The notes under the pieces were generated by a model that was given only the letters and a program-made list of their open reading frames with translations, had not been told where the DNA came from and searched no databases. From positions 21,400-85,399 of the forward strand of contig CAYOEG010000003.1 of the NCBI GenBank assembly GCA_964403155.1: a stretch of 64,000 nucleotides of DNA, written 5' to 3'. A program made the position numbers and the translations under genes. Position 1 is the stretch's first letter, and every line of letters begins with the position of its first letter. This DNA comes from an uncultured Candidatus Saccharibacteria bacterium. Lineage in GTDB: Bacteria; Patescibacteriota; Dojkabacteria; SC72. Positions 38,388 through 47,316 of this stretch are shown here, in pieces.

Positions 38388-38663
38388 GTATGTTAGTAAT
38401 TACAAGTTAATATATATATTCATTTTAGCATATGTGCAAAGATGGGGATATGTAATATCTATAATTGATACCCTTAGTACTTAAAGAAAGCCTTTAGAAG
38501 TGTAATAGGGTATATATAGTGAATTTTGATAGATATATTTATGAATATGTAATATATTCATAATTTCCGATATAGATCGGAGAGGGGTTTCGAGAGAGGT
38601 ATCCAGTGGAGAAATGTTAATGCTATAAATAGCAATTATCATGTCTGGATACCTCCTCATAAC

Positions 38664-38861
38664 CTATTTCCATTGATCTTGGCAATACCAAGACTCTAAT
38701 GCTGGTGAGCCCCCTTTGGGGTTCAAGTCCTTAAACTCGCGACAACCATCACTGGTACAAAAACGTGGTCCTTCGCAAAGAGGAAGGGTTGTGGGAGTGC
38801 AAGCACTCATGATGAAAACAACCATCAATAAAGCAATTACTACCAACATTAATTTTTTCAT
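38664..38861 (-). CDS. Small Cys-rich putative lipoprotein (65 aa)
   Basis: Signal peptide with a lipobox-like IMSAC. The mature part has 5 Cys (CEGPRFCTSDGC...YCQDQWK). A strong SD, GGAGAGGAG, sits 7 nt upstream. Confidence 0.45.
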   Translation of the reverse strand: MKKLMLVVIALLMVVFIMSACTPTTLPLCEGPRFCTSDGCREFKDLNPKGGSPALESWYCQDQWK

Positions 38862-39029
38862 TTTTTTCTCCTCTCCCGATTAGGGATACAAAATTTTCTA
38901 GTTTAGTGTAGTCGTACACGAACTTAGAACTTTCAAAGCATTAAAAGCTTTAAGTTCGCGTCCAACAAGAAGAAATATTTGGGAATAGGTATTTTAAAGA
39001 GCAGTATAGATTTATTCAACCTATAGTAT

Positions 39030-39038
39030 ATTATACCA
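39030..39038 (-). promoter_or_regulatory. Extended -10 (TGGTATAAT) candidate promoter giving a leader of about 160 nt for the lipoprotein gene
   Basis: The minus strand reads aaattgTGGTATAATatac. The leader contains the inverted repeat CGAACTTA...TAAGTTCG (38919-38958). Confidence 0.3.
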
Positions 39039-39051
39039 CAATTTCTTATCT

Positions 39052-39819
39052 TTAAACAACTACACCCCAATCTCTGGTATCGGTTAGTATCTCTGGGTGT
39101 TCTTTTCTAACAATAACCATATATTCAAACATCACGCTATTACCACCATTTTCGGTATGAACTGACCAACCATCCTCCTTGTCTGTAACAGCCTTCCCGT
39201 TATCATCTACAATCTGGCATTCAACACATATGACCATACCATCTACAAGTAAGTCACCAGTTTTTTGCTTTCCGAATGCAGGTACATCAGGATACTCATG
39301 CAAAGATCTTCCAATACCATGCCCACAATATTGTTTTAAAACATTAAAACCATTATCTTTTGCACACTTTTCCATCTCATAGCCCAAATCACCAGTATAA
39401 TTACCCGCAATCGCTTTCTCTACAGCATTCTCAACTGAGGCCCTACCAGCCTCTAGAAGCTTTGAATTATCCTTTGGAGGTGTGCCAACACTCCATGTCC
39501 AACAGTGATCTGTAAAATATCCCTTGTAAATTATTCCAAAGTCAATAGAAACGAGATCACCATTTTTTAGAGGTGTATTTTTAGGAATACCATGAATAGC
39601 TACATCATTAACAGAGATACAAGTATTGTATTGGTAGTCATCGACAGTTTCAAAAGAAGGTTTAACACCATACATAGTACATAGCTCTCCAGCTAAGTCA
39701 TCAATTTCTAAAGGTGTAACACCTTCTTCAATGCTCTCTCCAAGCTGTTTAAGTATATTTACAGATATCTCTGTTGCTTCACGAAGCATTAATTCATCTT
39801 TTGGATTTTTAATAATCAT
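39052..39819 (-). CDS. map: Methionine aminopeptidase type I
   Basis: The metal ligands are present in DFGIIYKGYFTDHCWTW, QYCGHGIGRSLHEYP and ECQIVDD. The start is the internal ATG 20 nt after the upstream stop; the track start overlaps the previous gene. Confidence 0.85.
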   Translation of the reverse strand: MIIKNPKDELMLREATEISVNILKQLGESIEEGVTPLEIDDLAGELCTMYGVKPSFETVDDYQYNTCISVNDVAIHGIPKNTPLKNGDLVSIDFGIIYKGYFTDHCWTWSVGTPPKDNSKLLEAGRASVENAVEKAIAGNYTGDLGYEMEKCAKDNGFNVLKQYCGHGIGRSLHEYPDVPAFGKQKTGDLLVDGMVICVECQIVDDNGKAVTDKEDGWSVHTENGGNSVMFEYMVIVRKEHPEILTDTRDWGVVV

Positions 39820-39838
39820 AACAGTATTATACCTCTTA

Positions 39839-40999
39839 CTACCCAATAATATATAGCTCCTCCTCTGCTCGGGTAACCGCTGTATAAAGCCATCTTCTCC
39901 AATTATCATCAGTCATTTGAGGGAAACGTTCCTCAAAAAGAATAACCTTTTTTGCTTGACTACCCTGTGCCTTATGCACTGTTAAAGCATAACCAAAATC
40001 AAACAAATTCATATTCTCAGAAAGATACTGCGTCAATGTTTCAGATTTCCCAAATTGATCAACACTAATAGGACCGGAGAAGATATCATCTTCACCATCC
40101 AAAGCAATCTCAGTATCATAAAAATTACCAACATCATTTTTAGATATAGAAAGTATTGTACCAGTCATACCATTAAATATTGCCATACTAGGATTGTTCT
40201 TTAAGCAAATCACACGGTCACCATATTGAGGAGTAGGTGCATCGAACTCTAATAATTGTCTAATGCCTTTATTCAAATCTACACGTGTACGATTGTATCC
40301 AACAAGGACCATTGTTTGATCATTAAAAGATTCCATTTTGCTCGATATAAATTCCTGAGTATCCTCTTCCTTTTTCGAGATTTTTCTAACTGTATCAGAA
40401 AAATCCATAAAAGGAATCTGACCATAACGTCTCGCAATCTCAGATACTTTAATAATCGGATTATCACGCTCCTGCCTAAATATTTCTTCCAATCGTAGAG
40501 TAGGGTTTGACATAAGATTGAAAGATTCTTCAATAGGGGGTAATTGCCCATGGTCGCCAGTTGCAAGCACAGGCACATCATAGCTCAAAAGATCCTCCCA
40601 TATTGTAGAAGTAACCATTGAAGCCTCATCAACAATAATTAAATCATAATCGAATTCCTCAGCTGATTTCCTTTCCCAGCCTATGATATTGTCTTTGTCA
40701 TCACAAATAGCTTTGTATATAAGGCCATGTATAGTACCTATGTAATCAGAAGTACTAATTGATCCTGCATCTTTTAATTTTCGCTGAAGCACTCTAGCAG
40801 CTTTACCAGTAAAGCTACAATATGCAATCTTAATTTTCTTTTTCTCCTTATGAATATATTGCCCTAGAATACCAAGTAATGTCGTTTTCCCAGTGCCTGC
40901 ATAACCACCAAATGTAATATATTGAGTAGGATGTTCTTTGTACCACTGTAAAATACTCTCTAATATGTTGTTTTGCTTCTCTGAAAGTTCAAATTTCAC
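39839..40999 (-). CDS. Compact SF1B RecD/Dda-like DNA helicase
   Basis: Walker A GYAGTGKTT, Walker B IIVDEASM, LATGDHGQLPP, and ALTVHKAQGSQAKKVIL (motif V/VI); 386 aa. Confidence 0.65.
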   Translation of the reverse strand: MKFELSEKQNNILESILQWYKEHPTQYITFGGYAGTGKTTLLGILGQYIHKEKKKIKIAYCSFTGKAARVLQRKLKDAGSISTSDYIGTIHGLIYKAICDDKDNIIGWERKSAEEFDYDLIIVDEASMVTSTIWEDLLSYDVPVLATGDHGQLPPIEESFNLMSNPTLRLEEIFRQERDNPIIKVSEIARRYGQIPFMDFSDTVRKISKKEEDTQEFISSKMESFNDQTMVLVGYNRTRVDLNKGIRQLLEFDAPTPQYGDRVICLKNNPSMAIFNGMTGTILSISKNDVGNFYDTEIALDGEDDIFSGPISVDQFGKSETLTQYLSENMNLFDFGYALTVHKAQGSQAKKVILFEERFPQMTDDNWRRWLYTAVTRAEEELYIIG

Positions 41000-41035
41000 T
41001 TGTGTTAATTAACCATAATTGATAAATTAAAAGGT

Positions 41036-42463
41036 ATGTCTAATGTATATAGTATTATGAAAAAGAGCAAGTTTGCCCATATAGTGCTTACAGTGGCGCT
41101 GTTTCTTTCTACGCTTAGCGTAGTACAAGCTTCAGATGTTAAAACATTCACATATTTTACCGGCATAGGGTGTCCTCATTGTGCAAATGTATCACCAGAA
41201 TTACATGAGAAAGTAAATACTACTGATGGGCTGGTTATGGTAGAATACGAGCTTTACAAACAATCATCAAATGCAAAAGTTCTAGCAGATTACAGCGATC
41301 GATTTGGATTTAATCTCGCGATTCCATTAGTAATATATGAGCCCAATGTATATGATCTGGGTGATACACCAATATTAGAGAACCTAGGCCAAAGACTTTC
41401 AGATATCAAAACAAATACTGTTGAACAAGAAGATGAGACTGTCACATGGACAAACTTTGATCTAAATGATTTCAAGGGCTATCCAAAAATCTTTGGAAAA
41501 GACAGGGTAGCAATGAAAACTGATACTGGAACAATCACAGGAGATCAGAATACAGAAATAAAGGGGTTCCTTTCTACAAGCGGATTAGACGAATGTGTAT
41601 CAAATCTGACAGGAGAATCAGTAAGTGACCTGACTGTTGAGTATCCTGGAGGCTTTGAAACTTACACATACGGTATTAAAATAGGTTCTTGGACTCTATT
41701 ATGGAGAGGAAACACTTGCGCGCAAGTAGGGGATACAACTGCTGATGAAAGTAATACAGAAAATAACTCGGATATATCATTATTAAAAATTGGGACACTT
41801 GCGATTACAGATTCTATAAACCCGTGTGCTTTATCTGTTTTACTCATGATGTTAGTTGCTATCACCACATATCATCCAAAGGACAAAAAACAGGTGTTGC
41901 GGTCAGGGCTAGCTTTTGTAGGAGCAGTTTTTATCACATATTTCATATATGGTATTCTCATAATCAAAGCATTTACATTAATCCAAGGCCTAAGCAGTAT
42001 CAAAACATATCTTTATACTGGATTGGGAATAGGAGCCATACTATTAGGACTTTTAGAGCTTAAGGATTTCTTTTTTTACAAACCTGGTGGTATTGGTACA
42101 GAGATGCCTTTGTTCCTAAGACCAAAGGTCCAGAAGATTATAGCTAGAATAACATCTCCACTAGGTGCTTTTGCTTTGGGTATGTTTGTAACATTATTCT
42201 TGCTTCCATGTACCATTGGTCCATATGTCATATTAGGAGGCATGTTATCTTTTAGTGAGTTTTTAAATACCTTGCCGTATCTTTCCTTCTACAATCTTAT
42301 TTTTATCTTGCCAATGATCATTATAATTTTACTTGTATTTTTTGGTACAAAGAATATTAAACAGATTAATGAATGGAAAGAAAAAAATGTTAAAATCATG
42401 CATTTAATTATTGGCGTTATATTCTTACTTTTGGGCTGTACTATGGTATTGGGATGGTTTTAG
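41036..42463 (+). CDS. Fusion of an exported thioredoxin-fold CPHC domain to a CcdA/DsbD-like membrane domain
   Basis: Signal peptide, then TYFTGIGCPHCAN (a DsbA-like CPHC active site). The TM domain has the two CcdA Cys motifs, INPCALSVLL and LLPCTIGPYV. Confidence 0.6.
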   Translation: MSNVYSIMKKSKFAHIVLTVALFLSTLSVVQASDVKTFTYFTGIGCPHCANVSPELHEKVNTTDGLVMVEYELYKQSSNAKVLADYSDRFGFNLAIPLVIYEPNVYDLGDTPILENLGQRLSDIKTNTVEQEDETVTWTNFDLNDFKGYPKIFGKDRVAMKTDTGTITGDQNTEIKGFLSTSGLDECVSNLTGESVSDLTVEYPGGFETYTYGIKIGSWTLLWRGNTCAQVGDTTADESNTENNSDISLLKIGTLAITDSINPCALSVLLMMLVAITTYHPKDKKQVLRSGLAFVGAVFITYFIYGILIIKAFTLIQGLSSIKTYLYTGLGIGAILLGLLELKDFFFYKPGGIGTEMPLFLRPKVQKIIARITSPLGAFALGMFVTLFLLPCTIGPYVILGGMLSFSEFLNTLPYLSFYNLIFILPMIIIILLVFFGTKNIKQINEWKEKNVKIMHLIIGVIFLLLGCTMVLGWF

Positions 42464-42503
42464 AGTATATTATATATTGTTTATATAATCTGCCTAATTA
42501 ATA

Positions 42504-45323
42504 ATGATAAGCTCCAATAGCAGAAGAATAATTATGACTTGTGCTATCGTAGTTGCCTCAATTTTAAGCTATGTCGCCATTTGGAGTAACAGCAGAGGAA
42601 ATGTGTTTGCAGGAAGAAATGTAAGCTGTGCCTGTAGAGGTGTAGAAGATTGTTATTGTATAGAAGGGGAGATCTTTGAAGGTACTTGCCCAGATACACA
42701 AAATTATATGCATTGCACTAGAAGAGTTTGCAATGTTTGTAAAATTGGATCTCCCCCAGACTGCGAGCCTACGTTGGCATGTAATTCTCCATGTACCGGA
42801 GGTGGTGATTGGACTTATTTTAATGGCTCATACCATACATGTGATACTCCAATCAGTTGTACTTCCGGCGAAGGTTGCGACGATTGTACTCCACCAGCTT
42901 GTCCAACAGGATATACAGACGTTAATCCAAATAACTATTGCTCTACCATCAGAAGTGATACATCTTGTAGCAATGGTGACGATGATTGCGGAGATTCCTG
43001 CGGTAGTAACACCAGGAAGTGCTACCTTAAGGAAACCAACACCTCCTTCGTCCAAGCCAATCTTTCTACAGATGGTCCATCTAGTATAAGTATGATTGTA
43101 GATGGTAGAACATACTCCCTCTCTACTGATCCCAACAATCCTACACCTATCGAACTACCTGCCCCTGGATCCTCTGATGTACAGTTATCAGTACCTACAT
43201 TCACTGCACCAACAACCTCAAGAGGTGCTAACTATTACTTCCAAGCAAACAACTATGGCGTTGATAATGAATGGAAAACATGGACTAATTGTAGTGGTGT
43301 AGCAGGAGAAGACTTCTGTACCGAAATGCCAAATTCTAACAACACCCAAGCATTTGACCCTACATCACTAACTGTAAACCAAGTACTAAAGGAAGGTGCA
43401 GTAGGTCAAATATCTGCTCAATATGCCACTCTTAATAAATGCGACAATGAATTACAATATTCTAGCGCAAGGGTGGGTTACTATAAAGTTGATTACATAC
43501 CGGATCCTCCACCAGATGATCCAGAAATAATCTTCCCCGATATTACAATGGACAGGACACCAAGAGGATGCTCAAGCCTTACATACACTGGGCAAGATAT
43601 TAACAACCCTCTGCATGTTGTATTCAAAACTTCTGACGAAGACGGGAGTTATGATATACAAGCTGCTACCATATGGCTTAGCAAAGATAATACTGTACCT
43701 ACCACTGGTACAATCACAGGTACTTACTCAGGTTCTTCCAATCAAGACTTAGGAATAATGATTAAGAAACATGGAACTGATTGGTCTAACCCATATATAT
43801 ATGTAACTAATACATCTCCTTTCACTTTTGCAAGAATCACAAATGAATATGTAACTGTAAATGGGAGTAACATAGCAAGGATATATGATGTATCTGTGAC
43901 AGAGGATTCCGCAACAGCTGTAACATTTGATTACAAGATTGAATTCCTAGCGTCATCTGAAAATCTCTCGGGTATGTACAATGTATATGGTGGAGCATTA
44001 GATACACTCATGATAGATGGTAACACACTAGATCAAAATTACTTCATCTCACTAACAGACTGGGGAATAGATCTTGTAAACCCAGTGGCTAATGACATAA
44101 CCCAAGAGATATATGATGCAACTAGAACAAACATCACATGGTCTGTATCAGACACAATCAGTGGGATAGATAGAACAGTAATTAACGCATACAGAACAGG
44201 AGGATTAGTCACAGACAATGTCACCCTTTACTTACCTACCGCATACACTACAAGTAAAGGAACTGTTCTGCTAAGTAGTGGCAGCCCTGTCCCAGATTTA
44301 GACGATATTGGCTTGTATGAAGATACAAATGCATGGATATTTACAACTTCAACAGGAGAAAAAGACAGACTCAGCATTGGGAACAATGAAAATGGTAATA
44401 TTTTGCTTTACACAACACCGTATGACAAAGCTTGTAATGTTGCATCCACAAGTGAAAACCTTGATCTAAATCCATGGATTGCGACAAGAGGAGGATCAAT
44501 ATATTCTCTGAACAGCATCTCTTCTCCTGCAAAAGATGTTACGTCAAGTACAAACCTAGATGGAGTATTTGATACCCGTACATCTATGACAAAAGAAAAA
44601 CTTGACCTAGGAACAGAACTATTGGCAACAAGAAACGTTAATATAACGAGCCTAATACATTCCTCGGCAGGAGCTGTGAGAGCATTGCATGTAGTAGATG
44701 AAAATAGAGTAAAAAGCTATTGGTATTCTCAACTTTATAAGAAATTCGAGGAAAAAAGAGATGGTCTTACATCTTTCACAAAAGGAAGTAGTGATGACGC
44801 AACAACGGATAGCTGTACAGGAAATAAATGCTACATGTTTGCGACAGGGGATATACATATTCCATCAAGCTACTCTTGCGATGTTCCAACTCTCTTTATT
44901 TCTGAACAAAATATATATATTGAACCAGATCTAGAAAGCAATGGTGGACTTTCAGGGTGTATCTTCCTAGCAAAAAATAATATATACATCGGTGGTGGAA
45001 GTTACGCGTCTAATACAAAAATTCAATATGATTATATTGAGGGATTTTTCATCGCTGATAATCAAATAATTTTTTCATTAGCAGACCAGGCGAAATCTCT
45101 TAGAGATGGTATCGAGATATATGGTGGATTGATTGCTCTTGGCTCAAACATCTCAGATGGGAATAATGCGGTATTAATAAATAGAAATCTAAGGCTATAT
45201 AATCAAACTAACCCAACACTCGTTATAACATATGATAATAGATACGCCAATTTATCATACATATTCTTCGGAACTTCAACTCAGCTTTACAAACAAGAAG
45301 TCGGATTCAAAACAGGTGATTAA
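42504..45323 (+). CDS. Giant Cys-rich secreted/anchored surface protein, paralog A (939 aa)
   Basis: N-terminal hydrophobic anchor or signal. A roughly 140-aa region with about 35 Cys. One R domain of about 150 aa (ETNTSFVQANLSTDGPSSISMIVDGRTYSLSTDPNNPT...TAPTTSRGANYYFQANNYGVD...AGEDFCT). A conserved C-terminal body of about 600 aa shared with paralog B. Confidence 0.5.
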   Translation: MISSNSRRIIMTCAIVVASILSYVAIWSNSRGNVFAGRNVSCACRGVEDCYCIEGEIFEGTCPDTQNYMHCTRRVCNVCKIGSPPDCEPTLACNSPCTGGGDWTYFNGSYHTCDTPISCTSGEGCDDCTPPACPTGYTDVNPNNYCSTIRSDTSCSNGDDDCGDSCGSNTRKCYLKETNTSFVQANLSTDGPSSISMIVDGRTYSLSTDPNNPTPIELPAPGSSDVQLSVPTFTAPTTSRGANYYFQANNYGVDNEWKTWTNCSGVAGEDFCTEMPNSNNTQAFDPTSLTVNQVLKEGAVGQISAQYATLNKCDNELQYSSARVGYYKVDYIPDPPPDDPEIIFPDITMDRTPRGCSSLTYTGQDINNPLHVVFKTSDEDGSYDIQAATIWLSKDNTVPTTGTITGTYSGSSNQDLGIMIKKHGTDWSNPYIYVTNTSPFTFARITNEYVTVNGSNIARIYDVSVTEDSATAVTFDYKIEFLASSENLSGMYNVYGGALDTLMIDGNTLDQNYFISLTDWGIDLVNPVANDITQEIYDATRTNITWSVSDTISGIDRTVINAYRTGGLVTDNVTLYLPTAYTTSKGTVLLSSGSPVPDLDDIGLYEDTNAWIFTTSTGEKDRLSIGNNENGNILLYTTPYDKACNVASTSENLDLNPWIATRGGSIYSLNSISSPAKDVTSSTNLDGVFDTRTSMTKEKLDLGTELLATRNVNITSLIHSSAGAVRALHVVDENRVKSYWYSQLYKKFEEKRDGLTSFTKGSSDDATTDSCTGNKCYMFATGDIHIPSSYSCDVPTLFISEQNIYIEPDLESNGGLSGCIFLAKNNIYIGGGSYASNTKIQYDYIEGFFIADNQIIFSLADQAKSLRDGIEIYGGLIALGSNISDGNNAVLINRNLRLYNQTNPTLVITYDNRYANLSYIFFGTSTQLYKQEVGFKTGD
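44052..44245 (+). repeat. About 194-bp near-identical tract shared with 49252-49445 inside diverged paralogs (gene-conversion tract)
   Basis: I see only 2 mismatches over roughly 194 bp, while the flanking sequence is about 75% identical. The tract encodes the identical peptide TDWGIDLVNPVANDITQEIYDATRTNITWSVSDTISGIDRTVINAYRTGGLVTDNVTLYLPTAYTTSKG. Confidence 0.6.
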
Positions 45324-45366
45324 AGCTTTGTGATATACTTACTAATATATTTAATCTGCTCACAAC

Positions 45367-46122
45367 ATGCCTAAGCCATTCCTCTATTTCGATACTGAAA
45401 CAACAGATTCAACTGTTAAAGACCTCATACAACTAGCCTTTGTTACTGATGGAGACGTCAAATTAAATATGTATTTCAAACCTAAGCAGCAAATCTCTTT
45501 TGGCGCAATGGCAGTACACCACATTACGCCAGAATTTCTTGAGGATAAACCATATATAGAAGATACACCCCTCCCTCTAGAAAACCTTGACCCCGATTTC
45601 ATAGGAGACTCCCTTGAAGACTATCTCAAATTCTTAGCTAACAAATATATCTGGGTCGCTCATAATGTTGATTTTGATTTAGAAGTACTAAACCGGAAGG
45701 GAATAAAAATACCCGAATATATATGTACATTAAAAATTGCAAGAAATATGTTAAGTGAAGGGGAGCATGACTTAGAAAGCTATTCTCTTCAGTATTTACG
45801 TTACTACTTAGGTCTATATAAAGAGGAAAATCAAGATCACAACACTGCGCATGATGCCCTTAGCGATGTGCATTTTCTTAAAAATCTATTTCATTACCTA
45901 CAATCACACAGTACACTATCAGCTGAAAATATGATCTTAATAACAAAAGAACCTCAATTCATGAGACAGATATCTTTTGGTAAATATGCAGGGAAAACAC
46001 TAGAAGATATTGCTAGACTAGATAAAGGATACTTAGAATGGATAGTAGAAACGATGGAAGACAAACCTGATTTACAGTGGAATGCAAAGAGGGTATTGAG
46101 TAATGATTTAACTTTATTCTAA
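45367..46122 (+). CDS. DEDDh 3'-5' exonuclease (DnaQ/ExoX-like) with a DUF3820-like C-terminal domain
   Basis: Exo I FDTETT, Exo II VAHNVDFDLEVL, Exo III HTAHDALSD. The C-terminal FGKYAGKTLEDIARLDKGYLEWIV matches the DUF3820 / ExoX C-terminal signature. Confidence 0.7.
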   Translation: MPKPFLYFDTETTDSTVKDLIQLAFVTDGDVKLNMYFKPKQQISFGAMAVHHITPEFLEDKPYIEDTPLPLENLDPDFIGDSLEDYLKFLANKYIWVAHNVDFDLEVLNRKGIKIPEYICTLKIARNMLSEGEHDLESYSLQYLRYYLGLYKEENQDHNTAHDALSDVHFLKNLFHYLQSHSTLSAENMILITKEPQFMRQISFGKYAGKTLEDIARLDKGYLEWIVETMEDKPDLQWNAKRVLSNDLTLF

Positions 46123-46127
46123 TACAA

Positions 46128-47312
46128 ATGAAGAAAAAAATAGTATTACTATCAATATTACTACCCATTTTCATGCTTCTTCTTTGCGGTGGATTATACT
46201 TTCTTTTTAAAGATAAAATACCAGTTTTAAATACGGTAAAAATAGAAAAATATACAGAGATCTTAGATTGGTGCGAATCATCTAAGTCTGAGGAAGGACT
46301 AGTTATCAACTGTCCAGCACTACTAGTAGACATAAGGGTAGGTGAGGAAAACACAAGCTGCTTCGATATTCAAATACTTACAAAAAACAATACTATTGAA
46401 GATCTTTCTCTTTGCGAGCGAACAGATAAGATAAGTTATGCAAATGAAATCCTACAATTTAAAAGATTACTACCTATAGATGTAGAATTCTCTTACTCTC
46501 GCCCAAATCTCTTGAGTAGCTATGTGTTTAATACATTTGATATGACCCTAATGTCTGATGATCAGATTAAAGCATTTGTAAATGATGATATTGCAGAACT
46601 TGTTAATATGGATATAACTACTACAAAAATAAAGAATAGTGTGGATTTCTGTCCAGCACCAGATAAATTGCCGGAATATATAACAGAGACGAATAAAACC
46701 AGCTATACAGGATTTTATGAAGCAAACAAGCTTGAAGCTTCAGAATACGAAAATACATACAATTATAACCTTGATGATACCGTAATCCGTTTTCTTTTCA
46801 GTTGTGATTCAAAGAAAATAGTAAATAATCTGTCTGGGTGTACACAAACCAGTTATCAATTGTCAGAAGATGCATATACAGAACTAAGAAAAACACCTAA
46901 CTCAATTGATTTTGATATGGCTCTTAATGATAATGACCGATACAATATAAAGATAGCATCTTTTTTGATCGATAATCCAGATGGAATCAAAATTAGTAGT
47001 AGTGTATCTGCATTAATCACTCTTCTCAAAGAACTCAATGGTACACCTGATGTAAATGAATATTTATACTGCTCAGCTTACAAGGTAATTTCCAAAATAG
47101 AAGATAGCTTAGCACAAGAATATTCAAATGTAATGTTAGATAATATTGAACAAAGCATCCACAAAACCACTTCCGCTATATGTGCGGGTATGGTTTCTTC
47201 TGATGATGTTGATAATATTGGTTTGTATCTTAGGATAATAAATTCTACAAAAGGTGATGATTTCCAGATATTAAATAAATGTAATATTTTAAATCTAATA
47301 TCACAGAAGTAA
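46128..47312 (+). CDS. Hypothetical signal-anchored extracytoplasmic protein
   Basis: MKKKIVLLSILLPIFMLLLCGGLYFLF forms a TM helix; the remainder has several Cys and no motif I recognise. Confidence 0.4.
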   Translation: MKKKIVLLSILLPIFMLLLCGGLYFLFKDKIPVLNTVKIEKYTEILDWCESSKSEEGLVINCPALLVDIRVGEENTSCFDIQILTKNNTIEDLSLCERTDKISYANEILQFKRLLPIDVEFSYSRPNLLSSYVFNTFDMTLMSDDQIKAFVNDDIAELVNMDITTTKIKNSVDFCPAPDKLPEYITETNKTSYTGFYEANKLEASEYENTYNYNLDDTVIRFLFSCDSKKIVNNLSGCTQTSYQLSEDAYTELRKTPNSIDFDMALNDNDRYNIKIASFLIDNPDGIKISSSVSALITLLKELNGTPDVNEYLYCSAYKVISKIEDSLAQEYSNVMLDNIEQSIHKTTSAICAGMVSSDDVDNIGLYLRIINSTKGDDFQILNKCNILNLISQK

Positions 47313-47316
47313 TATT

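Noticed and set aside
38919-38958. CGAAC...GTTCG termini as a Gram-positive-type LexA (Cheo) box
   Set aside because: The half-sites are separated by 24 nt instead of 4, and they lie in the leader of a lipoprotein gene rather than an SOS gene.
39820-39909. The track start of map at 39909
   Set aside because: That start would overlap the upstream helicase gene by 70 nt. The internal ATG at 39819 gives a canonical MetAP N-terminus and lies 20 nt after the helicase stop.
42676-43302. Track ORFs 42676-43089 (+), 42828-43055 (-), 43022-43204 (-) and 43102-43302 (+) inside giant paralog A. The same applies to 44039-44224 (-) and 49239-49424 (-), which are identical to each other.
   Set aside because: These are alternate-frame or antisense ORFs within a much longer coding frame. 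The identity of the two small antisense ORFs simply reflects the gene-conversion tract.
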